Source: an uncultured bacterium
GTDB lineage: Bacteria; SAR324; NAC60-12
Direction: 5' to 3'
NCBI GenBank assembly: GCA_965662845.1
Contig: CBFIJD010000028.1
Location: forward strand, 1-42,701
DNA: 42,701 nucleotides
This document shows, one piece after another, positions 35,630-42,701 of the stretch (position 1 is its first letter; each line of letters begins with the position of its first letter). A program made the translations under genes and the position numbers. The notes below the pieces were generated by a model, which worked only from the letters and a program-made list of their open reading frames with translations, was not told the origin of the DNA and searched no databases.

Positions 35630-36274
35630 ATGAATGATTCGGCTCAATGGGCAAGCCAAAGGCGCAGCAATCGATATGGCATGTCATTTACAACGGGCAG
35701 TCTCTTTCACCGTGAATCGGTGGAGCTGGCCGCGCTGTATCTTGATCTTGGCGACTGGAACGCTGTTCGAGACAAAGTCATCGCAGAAAATATACTGCAA
35801 ACAAGAACATTGAATACGCTCAAACGTGTCTGCCGCGAGGTCATCTCTCGGTTGCGGACGTTGAGCCCAAGCGAGCTCGGATTCCTTGTTGAGGGTAGCC
35901 ACCAAGAGCAAGCCTATCTCCTGTGGCTCGCCGTTTGCCGGCGGTACAGACTCATCGCTGATTTTGCCGTCGAAGTGCTTCGAGAGCGCTACATCACATT
36001 GAAAAGCGATCTGACCCACGAGGATTTTGATGCCTTCTTCAACCGGAAATCGGAGTGGCATTTGGAACTGGATGAGATCACCTCGGCAACACGAGGCAAA
36101 TTGCGGCAGGTCTTGTTTCGGATGCTTCGCGAGGCCGATCTCTTAGCGACCCACCACATAATCCACGCTGCCATGCTCAGTCCGAGACTGTTGGAGTTGT
36201 TTCAGCAAGGCAGCCACAGGGATGTGTTGTACTTCCCTGTCTTTGAATCAGAACTGAAGAGGATTCCGCAGTGA
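35630..36274 (+). CDS. brxA: BREX system protein BrxA (DUF1819)
   Basis: Y.MSFTTG.L...ES, ENILQ.RT..T..R...E...RL, LLWLA.CR.Y..I.DFA.EV, T..KLRQV.FRM.REA; first gene of the brx operon. Start chosen from the GGGAG RBS. Confidence 0.9.
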   Translation: MNDSAQWASQRRSNRYGMSFTTGSLFHRESVELAALYLDLGDWNAVRDKVIAENILQTRTLNTLKRVCREVISRLRTLSPSELGFLVEGSHQEQAYLLWLAVCRRYRLIADFAVEVLRERYITLKSDLTHEDFDAFFNRKSEWHLELDEITSATRGKLRQVLFRMLREADLLATHHIIHAAMLSPRLLELFQQGSHRDVLYFPVFESELKRIPQ

Positions 36275-36921
36275 AAACAGATAGTGCCAGAATGCCAATG
36301 CAGGACAGATTTCAGCATCTCTTTGCAGTGATCTCAGGCCAGCATTTTCTCAACAAGCAAGGTCTCGGCAACGAGGTCCCGTTCTTTATCTGCCCCTACA
36401 AGCCGGAAGAGTCCGTCGAAATGGAGCGGCTCCAGCGTCAGCTGGTCAATCACCTTGAGCAGGCCGGTGTCCGGATTCTTGAGATCAACCTGTACGACCT
36501 TTCGATAGACATCCTCAAAGAGCGTGACATCTGGAACCAAATTCTCGAGAGGGAGGATTCCTTCTCCAAAGAGCAGCTCAAAGAACTGTTGCAAGGCGTG
36601 CTTGACCCCGAAGCGCATCTTGTACCGGCCATTGCGGCCTGGCTGACCAGCACGAATTTCGAGGTTCTTTTTCTGTCCGGCGTTGGCGAGGTGTTCCCCT
36701 ATATCCGTTCGCACAACGTCTTGAACAATTTGCAGAGCACGGCGAAAGAAAAGCCGACCGTCCTGTTTTTCCCGGGAGCTTACACCCACTCCCTGGAGTC
36801 CGGAGCATCGCTCGATCTCTTCGGAAGGCTGCATGACGACAAGTACTACCGGGCATTCAACATTTTTCATTGTGAGCCTGACGGCAGGGGGCAGGAATCA
36901 GGGAACAGGGGACAGGAATGA
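36271..36921 (+). CDS. brxB: BREX system protein BrxB (DUF1788)
   Basis: FL..QGLGNEVPFFI..Y, GVGEVFPYIRSHNVLNNLQ, FFPG.Y, L.LFG.L.DD.YYRAFNI. Confidence 0.93.
   Translation: MKTDSARMPMQDRFQHLFAVISGQHFLNKQGLGNEVPFFICPYKPEESVEMERLQRQLVNHLEQAGVRILEINLYDLSIDILKERDIWNQILEREDSFSKEQLKELLQGVLDPEAHLVPAIAAWLTSTNFEVLFLSGVGEVFPYIRSHNVLNNLQSTAKEKPTVLFFPGAYTHSLESGASLDLFGRLHDDKYYRAFNIFHCEPDGRGQESGNRGQE
36885..36919 (+). repeat. Five degenerate heptamers CAGGNNN (left arm)
   Basis: CAGGGGG CAGGAAT CAGGGAA CAGGGGA CAGGAAT; encodes the BrxB tail GQESGNRGQE. Confidence 0.9.
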
Positions 36922-37272
36922 AATTCGAGGATTTGGATGTTTGGAAGCGTTCCGCAGCATTGAGCGCAGAGATCTATACTGCACTGGCGGAGTTGAAGGA
37001 TTTTGGATTCAAGGATCAGATCACACGGTCATCTTTGTCCGTTCCCAGCAATATCGCCGAAGGAGTCGAACGTGGGTCAGATAATGAGGTGATCCGATTC
37101 TGTACCATTGCCCGTGGTTCCTGTGGCGAACTACGCACCCAAATCTAGATCGGTATAGAAGATCGGCTACATCTCCTCGGAACAGGGAAAACCGTGGATT
37201 CAAGAAACCATCGAAATCTCTGCCATGCTCTCCGGCCTTATCAAACACCGCCCAGGAAAAATTTATGACTAA
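36918..37272 (+). pseudogene. Four-helix-bundle protein (23S rRNA IVS protein / Avd-like family), disrupted
   Basis: FEDL.VW...DQI.RS..SVPSNIAEG.ER....FC.IA.GS..ELRTQ is the family signature. TAG at 37146-37148 and a +1 shift near 37161 interrupt it; the frame resumes as IGYISSEQGKPWIQETIEISAMLSGLIK to TAA 37270-37272. Confidence 0.85.
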
Positions 37273-40200
37273 TCCCTCTTCACCTGTCCCCTGCACCCTG
37301 CACCCTCTTTTCCTAAAGCGGATCGACCGCCCGATTGAAGGGGTCATCAAAGCTGACGATGAAGCCAGCCTTCGCCTCGAAATTGAAGAATACGTACTGA
37401 CCAACGAAGTCGAGAAGCGGCTCGAGTCCTTTCTGGACGCCTACAATAACTATGAAGGTGCCAATGGTGTTTGGGTTTCCGGCTTCTTCGGGTCCGGTAA
37501 ATCCCACCTGTTGAAGATGCTGGCGCTCTTGCTCGAAAACCGGCAGATCGACGGGACCTCCGCACTTGACCTGTTCCTGCCCAAGTGTGGCGACAACGAG
37601 ATCCTGCGCGGTGATCTCAAGCGAGCCGTCGCCATCCCGTCGAAAAGCATTCTGTTCAACATCGACCAGAAAGCGGACGTCATCAGCAAGACCCAGATCG
37701 ATGCGCTCCTCGCAGTCTTCGTCAAGGTCTTTGACGAGATGTGCGGTTACTACGGCAAGCAGGGGCACATCGCCCAGTTCGAGCGCGACCTCGACAGCCG
37801 TGGTCTCTATGAGCAGTTCAAATCAGCCTATGAATCCACCGCGGGCAGAACATGGCAGAAGGGCCGCGAGCAGGCGCTGCTGGAGGCGAAAAACATTGCC
37901 AAAGCCTATGCCCAGGCAACCGGTGGCGACGAGGCATCGGCCATGGGGATACTCGACAAATACCGCAGCCAATACCGCGTCTCCATCGAAGATTTTGCCG
38001 AACAGGTGCATGCGTATATCGAGCGGCAATCGCCTGATTTCCATCTGAACTTCTTTGTTGATGAGGTCGGTCAGTACATCGCTGAAAACGTCAAGCTGAT
38101 GACCAACCTCCAGACCATCGCCGAGAGCATGGCCACCAAATGCCGGGGCCGCGCATGGGTCATCGTGACCGCCCAAGAGGACATGGGAACGGTTGTCGGC
38201 GAGATGGGCAAACAGCAAGGCAACGACTTCTCAAAAATCCAGGCCCGGTTCGCCAACCGCATGAAACTGACCAGCGCCGACGTGGCGGAGGTTATCCAGA
38301 AGCGTCTGCTCATGAAAACCGAAGAGGGCGTCCGCCTTCTGTCGGACATTTATCACGCGCAGTCCAACAACTTTAAGACCCTGTTCGACTTTGCCGACGG
38401 CTCGCAAACCTATCGGAACTATCAGGATCGGGAGCACTTCATTCACAGCTATCCGTTCATCCCGTACCAGTTCGCGCTGTTCCAGTCGGCCATCCAGAAT
38501 CTGTCGCAGCACAACGCTTTCGAGGGCAAGCACAGCTCGGTGGGCGAGCGCTCCATGCTGGGTGTGTTCCAGCAGGTGGCGATCCAAATTGGGGATCATG
38601 AAATCGGTCAGCTGGCAACCTTCGACCTGATGTTCGAGGGGATTCGCACCGCGCTGAAATCCAATATCCAGCGAGCCATCATTCAGGCAGAAAACCACCT
38701 TGATGGCCCTTTCGCGATCCGGCTGTTGAAAACGCTCTTCCTGGTCAAATACGTCAAGGAGTTCAAGCCGACTCTTCGCAACCTATGCGTCCTGATGCTG
38801 GACGGCTTCAATCAGGATCTGCCCGCGCTGCGGAAACGGGTCGAAGAAGCCCTCAGCCTCCTTGAACAGCAGACCTACGTGCAGCGCAATGGCGAGCTGT
38901 ATGAATACCTGACCGACGAGGAAAAAGACGTCGAGCAGGAAATCAAGAACACCGAGGTGGAGTCATCGGATGTTGCCGCCGAACTTGAGAAGATCGTTTT
39001 CGACCACGTCATCAAGCATCGGAAGATCCGCTACGACGAGAATGGCCAGGACTACCCGTTCTCCAGAAAGCTCGATGATCGACTGCACGGGCGGGAGTAC
39101 GAGCTGGCCATCCATGTCATCAGCCCGTTCCATGAAAACGCCGAAAGCGAGTCCATCCTGCGGATGCAGAGCATGGGCCGGGACGAGCTGCTGATTCTGA
39201 CGCCTGCGGATGAACGCCTCGTTCGCGACATCCTCATGTACAAGCGGACGGAGAAATACATCCGCCAGAATATCTCGATCACGCAACAGGAGGCGGTCAA
39301 ACGCATCCTGAATGACAAGGGGCACCAGAACCAGGAGCGCCTGATGGAGATCCGGCAACGGGTGAAATTGTTGCTCGGTAAATCGAAGATGATCATTGCC
39401 GGAGCCGACATCGAAACCAGCTCGGACGATGCCCAGACCCGGGTGGTGAGGGGGTTCGATGACCTGATCGCGCGCACCTATCCCAACCTTCGCATGCTGC
39501 GCGGCATCACCTACACCGAAAACGACATCGCCCAATGCCTCAAGCATTCACAGGAGGGGCTGTTCGGCAACGACGCGACCGCGCTGGCTGAATCGGAGCA
39601 GGAACTGCTGGCCTTCATCCAGTCCAACCATCGCAGCGGCGTGCGTTCAAGCGTCAAGAGCGTGCTGGAGAAGTTCGAGCGCAAACCCTACGGCTGGTAC
39701 TACGCCGCCGTGCTTTGCACCTTGGCCAACCTGTGCGCTCGCGGCAAAGTCGAGGTCCGCACCGACGGCAACCTGCTGGAAGAGGACGAGCTGGAACGGG
39801 CGCTGCGCAACACCCATGGCCACGGCAATGTGGTGCTGGAGCCCCAGATCCAATTTACTGCATCGCAGGTTCGCGCCCTCAAGGAGTTCTTTGAGGACTT
39901 TTTTGATGCCCCGCCCCGCGCCAGTGAAGCGAAGGCGCTCGGCAAGGAAACCGGCACTGCCCTCCAGGAGCTGACGCATCAGCTCACCCCGCTGGCGGCA
40001 CAGGCATCCCAATATCCGTTTCTGAATGCGCTGACACCGGCGCTTGAGAAGCTCAAGGAGCTGACCGGCAAGCCTTATCCCTGGTATCTGACCGAGCTCA
40101 CCCGCCAGGAAGACGCGCTGCTCGACATGAAGGAAAGCGTCATCGATCCTGTCCAAAAATTCATGAACGGCCCGCAGAAAGGCATCTTCGATAACGCCCG

Positions 40201-40888
40201 CCAGTTTGTGCAAAGCCAGGAGCCCAACTTCGCCTACATCGAAGCAGAAGTGGGAGGGGAGAAGTGGGAAGTGAGAGAGGGAGAAGCCGACGACATTTCT
40301 CCGGCAGCCTTGATAAAAGCGTTAGCCAATCCGGAGTGCTTCAAGGGCAACCGCATGCAGCAGATAAAGACGCAGGTCGAAACGCTGCAGGAAAAAGTCA
40401 ACGCCCAGATTGAGGCCGAGATTGCCAAGGCCAAGGAGACGACTGCTGCTCTTAAAGACCGCCTCTGCGGCATGGCTGAATTCGGCGCACTGAACGGTGA
40501 GCAGCAGGAGCAGATCACCCGACCGTTCAACAAATTCAACGCAAGCCTAGAGCGCCAGACGCTGGTTGCCGTTATCCGCGACACCCTGCGCCGGTTTGAG
40601 GAAAGCGACTACCAGCGCCTGCTTTCGCAGATGACCTCCTGGGCGCAACCGGCACCAACACCAAAGCCTGCGCCGCAACCCGGTCAGACCGCCACACCGG
40701 ATGCAGGTACGAAGCCTACGCCACCGGCGAAGCCGGAACCGCGCATCGAATATGTGCCCAGCCGCTCGGTGAAGGTCTCTTTCGATAAAGCCTGGCTGGC
40801 CGACGAGACCGATGTGGAACGCTACCTGGAATCCATGCGTGAGGCGCTGTTGAGTGAAATTCACAAAGGAAAAAGGATTCAAATCTAG
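37265..40888 (+). CDS. brxC: BREX system P-loop ATPase BrxC
   Basis: 1207 aa; IDRPIEGVIK, EYV.T, WVSGFFGSGKSHLLK Walker A, FFVDEVGQY Walker B, VTAQE, KIQ.RF, YPF.PYQF, ERSML. Confidence 0.95.
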   Translation: MTNPSSPVPCTLHPLFLKRIDRPIEGVIKADDEASLRLEIEEYVLTNEVEKRLESFLDAYNNYEGANGVWVSGFFGSGKSHLLKMLALLLENRQIDGTSALDLFLPKCGDNEILRGDLKRAVAIPSKSILFNIDQKADVISKTQIDALLAVFVKVFDEMCGYYGKQGHIAQFERDLDSRGLYEQFKSAYESTAGRTWQKGREQALLEAKNIAKAYAQATGGDEASAMGILDKYRSQYRVSIEDFAEQVHAYIERQSPDFHLNFFVDEVGQYIAENVKLMTNLQTIAESMATKCRGRAWVIVTAQEDMGTVVGEMGKQQGNDFSKIQARFANRMKLTSADVAEVIQKRLLMKTEEGVRLLSDIYHAQSNNFKTLFDFADGSQTYRNYQDREHFIHSYPFIPYQFALFQSAIQNLSQHNAFEGKHSSVGERSMLGVFQQVAIQIGDHEIGQLATFDLMFEGIRTALKSNIQRAIIQAENHLDGPFAIRLLKTLFLVKYVKEFKPTLRNLCVLMLDGFNQDLPALRKRVEEALSLLEQQTYVQRNGELYEYLTDEEKDVEQEIKNTEVESSDVAAELEKIVFDHVIKHRKIRYDENGQDYPFSRKLDDRLHGREYELAIHVISPFHENAESESILRMQSMGRDELLILTPADERLVRDILMYKRTEKYIRQNISITQQEAVKRILNDKGHQNQERLMEIRQRVKLLLGKSKMIIAGADIETSSDDAQTRVVRGFDDLIARTYPNLRMLRGITYTENDIAQCLKHSQEGLFGNDATALAESEQELLAFIQSNHRSGVRSSVKSVLEKFERKPYGWYYAAVLCTLANLCARGKVEVRTDGNLLEEDELERALRNTHGHGNVVLEPQIQFTASQVRALKEFFEDFFDAPPRASEAKALGKETGTALQELTHQLTPLAAQASQYPFLNALTPALEKLKELTGKPYPWYLTELTRQEDALLDMKESVIDPVQKFMNGPQKGIFDNARQFVQSQEPNFAYIEAEVGGEKWEVREGEADDISPAALIKALANPECFKGNRMQQIKTQVETLQEKVNAQIEAEIAKAKETTAALKDRLCGMAEFGALNGEQQEQITRPFNKFNASLERQTLVAVIRDTLRRFEESDYQRLLSQMTSWAQPAPTPKPAPQPGQTATPDAGTKPTPPAKPEPRIEYVPSRSVKVSFDKAWLADETDVERYLESMREALLSEIHKGKRIQI
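37280..37307 (+). repeat. Four heptamers NNNCCTG (right arm, inverted relative to 36885-36919)
   Basis: TCACCTG TCCCCTG CACCCTG CACCCTC; CCTGTCCCCTG (37283-37293) is the exact reverse complement of 36906-36916. Confidence 0.88.
40247..40285 (+). repeat. Purine-rich heptamer run in-frame inside brxC
   Basis: GAAGTGG GAGGGGA GAAGTGG GAAGTGA GAGAGGG; encodes EVGGEKWEVREGE. Confidence 0.75.
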
Positions 40889-40941
40889 AATTCATGATCA
40901 ATTTCCTGGCGTCAGGAAATTGATCCGATGGAGAAACAACC

Positions 40942-41802
40942 ATGAAAACAGAGACTATTCAGATTCTTCAGAATCAGTTCGATACAATCAGCCAGCGTAT
41001 TCCCGGCGAAGATGTTGAGTTCTGGTTCGCTCGTGATTTGCAGGAACCGCTTGGCTACGCCAAATGGGAAAACTTCCTGACGGCAATCAAGCGCGCAATC
41101 GAATCTTGTGAGACCACCGGCTACACCCCGGAAAATCACTTTCGCCCGATCAAGAAGACCATCACACATGGAAAGGGGGGGCAACGTGAGATAGATGATT
41201 TCATGCTCACCCGCTACGCCTGCTACCTGATTGCTCAAAACGGCGATCCACGCAAGGAGCCCATTGCCTTTGCCCAGAGTTACTTCGCCATTCAGACCCG
41301 CAAGCAGGAGTTGATCGAAGATCGGATGCGCCTACAGGCTCGGCTGGACGCTCGGGAACGTCTGCGAGAATCGGAAAAGACCCTTTCTCAGAACATTTAT
41401 GAACGCGGAGTCGATGATGCCGGATTTGGTCGTATTCGCTCCAAGGGAGATGCCGCGCTCTTTGGCGGTCATACTACTCAGGTCATGAAAGACAAATACG
41501 GGATCACCAAAACCCGTCCGCTGGCCGACTTCCTGCCAACTCTGACTATTGCGGCCAAAAATCTGGCCACGGAAATGACCAATCACAATGTGCAACAGGA
41601 CGATCTTCAGGGTGAGCATGTGATTACCCGCGAGCATGTTCAGAACAATGTGAGCGTGCGTGACATGCTCGGCCAGCGGGGGATCAAGCCCGAACAGTTG
41701 CCGCCGGAAGAAGACATCAAGAAGCTGGAGCGTCGGGTTAAAACCGAGGAGAAAAGACTTGAGAAGCAGTCTGGCAGGCTACCCGAACCAAAGGACGAAT
41801 AA
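40942..41802 (+). CDS. dinD: DNA-damage-inducible protein D family (BRO-N-like N-terminus)
   Basis: EFWFARDLQ..LGY..W.NF, LTRYACYLIAQNGDPRK..IAFAQ.YFA.QTRKQE, SKGD.ALFG, LADFLPT.TI.AK..A.E.T, PE.LPP.ED.KK; GGAG RBS. Confidence 0.93.
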   Translation: MKTETIQILQNQFDTISQRIPGEDVEFWFARDLQEPLGYAKWENFLTAIKRAIESCETTGYTPENHFRPIKKTITHGKGGQREIDDFMLTRYACYLIAQNGDPRKEPIAFAQSYFAIQTRKQELIEDRMRLQARLDARERLRESEKTLSQNIYERGVDDAGFGRIRSKGDAALFGGHTTQVMKDKYGITKTRPLADFLPTLTIAAKNLATEMTNHNVQQDDLQGEHVITREHVQNNVSVRDMLGQRGIKPEQLPPEEDIKKLERRVKTEEKRLEKQSGRLPEPKDE

Positions 41803-42701
41803 TGGAAACCGCAAAACTCAAAAAATTCGCCCAGTTCGCCCGACGCAGCCTGCTGGAACAGGTCTCCGCCAAGCTAAAACTGGTGCTCGCTGAAAACAGC
41901 GCCGCCCGACGTGAACGTGCCGAGGCCATCAAGAAGCTTGAAGAGGCGATCAAGGGGCACGGCAAGGAGCAGGTCATAGAGCGGGTGGCCTATATCTGGT
42001 TCAACCGCTTCTGCGCCCTGCGCTTCATGGACGTGAACCGCTATACCCGCATCGGCGTGGTGTCGCCCGCCGAGGGGCAGTTCCAGCCCGAGATTTTGGC
42101 CGAGGCCAAGATGGGGCACATCGACGAGGAGATGGTGCACGACAAGGTCCGGCAGCAGATCTTCGCCCTGCTCGACGGCAAAGCACCCAGTCGCGACCCG
42201 CAGGGCGAGGCCTACCGCCTGCTGGTGGTGGCCGCCTGCAACTTCTGGAACAAGGCCATGCCGTTCCTGTTCCAGCGCATCGATGACTACACCGAGCTGC
42301 TGATGCCCGACGACCTGCTCTCGGGCAACTCTATCCTCGCTCAGGTGCGCGAAGCTATCGCTGTCGCGCCAGTGGGAAGTGAGAAGTGTGAAGTGGAAAG
42401 TGAAGATTTTGCTTCCCACTCTCCACTCCCCACTTCCCACTCTTCAACTTCGCTAGAAGTTGAAGTCATCGGCTGGCTCTACCAGTTCTACATCTCCGAG
42501 AAAAAAGACGAGGTGTTCGATGGCCTGAAGAAGAACAAGAAGATCACGCCCGAGAATATCCCCGCCGCCACCCAGCTCTTCACCCCGCATTGGATCGTGA
42601 AGTATCTGGTCGAGAACTCGCTTGGGCGGCTCTGGATGTTGAACCGGCCTAACTCACGCTTAGTTGATCGGATGGAGTATTACATTCGACCAGAGACTTC
42701 A
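41802..42701 (+). CDS. pglX: BREX-1 adenine-specific DNA methyltransferase PglX (BrxX), 3'-truncated by the window edge
   Basis: Absent from the ORF track because it has no stop. ATG overlaps the dinD stop (TAATG). Translates METAKLKKFA...ERVAYIWFNRFCALRFMDVN...MPFLF.RI.DYTELL.PD.LL...VEVIGWLYQFYISEKKDEVF...IPAATQLFTPHWIV.YLVENSLGRLW. Confidence 0.94.
   Translation, partial: METAKLKKFAQFARRSLLEQVSAKLKLVLAENSAARRERAEAIKKLEEAIKGHGKEQVIERVAYIWFNRFCALRFMDVNRYTRIGVVSPAEGQFQPEILAEAKMGHIDEEMVHDKVRQQIFALLDGKAPSRDPQGEAYRLLVVAACNFWNKAMPFLFQRIDDYTELLMPDDLLSGNSILAQVREAIAVAPVGSEKCEVESEDFASHSPLPTSHSSTSLEVEVIGWLYQFYISEKKDEVFDGLKKNKKITPENIPAATQLFTPHWIVKYLVENSLGRLWMLNRPNSRLVDRMEYYIRPETS
42371..42465 (+). repeat. 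In-frame heptamer-repeat hairpin inside pglX, plus an overlapping perfect 10-bp inverted repeat
   Basis: AGTGGGA AGTGAGA AGTGTGA AGTGGAA AGTGAAG (42371-42405), an 8-nt loop, then TCCCACT CTCCACT CCCCACT TCCCACT (42414-42441). CTTCAACTTC-GCTA-GAAGTTGAAG at 42442-42465. Confidence 0.9.

Noticed and set aside
36918..37272. Diversity-generating retroelement suggested by the Avd-like fold
   Set aside because: No reverse transcriptase and no template/variable repeat pair with adenine-specific mismatches were seen in the window.
40640..40745. Pro/Thr-rich low-complexity stretch near the BrxC C-terminus
   Set aside because: No 7-nt periodicity; it reads as an ordinary flexible linker.
41874..42440. 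188-aa minus-strand ORF starting MGSGEWRVGS
   Set aside because: Antisense to pglX; its odd N-terminus is just the heptamer hairpin read backwards.

Overview
Bacterial chromosomal window, GC-rich; the gene content and 6S RNA motifs look deltaproteobacterial-type, which is an inference only. Left to right it holds: (1) one end of an element apparently integrated at the 3' end of tRNA-Arg(UCG), next to tRNA-His; (2) core-like genes: an orphan ABC ATPase, a DUF2254-like membrane protein, zapA, 6S RNA, a XerD-like recombinase with altered catalytic residues, fabF, ACP, bactofilin and galU; (3) a LysR/pirin/nitroreductase/glutathionyl-hydroquinone reductase module; (4) a 16.3-kb LacI-regulated catabolic island (sugar-type ABC transporter, ThuA, SDR, atypical M24 hydrolase, TPP-dependent dehydrogenase with a split E2, aldehyde dehydrogenase, hydroxyacid dehydrogenase) bracketed by a 69-bp direct repeat that includes the 3' end of the upstream gene; (5) an ATP-grasp gene and a DUF418 gene, the latter again bracketed by a duplicated 3' end of its upstream gene; (6) a lipoprotein/M48 protease/FadL-like porin trio; (7) the first half of a type 1 BREX defence locus (brxA, brxB, brxC, dinD, partial pglX). 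The most striking unexplained structure is in BREX. There are three sites of degenerate 7-nt tandem repeats: an inverted pair brackets a four-helix-bundle pseudogene and supplies the BrxB C-terminus and BrxC N-terminus, a single arm lies in-frame inside brxC, and an empty hairpin lies in-frame inside pglX. All family assignments come from motif recognition by eye; no searches were run.
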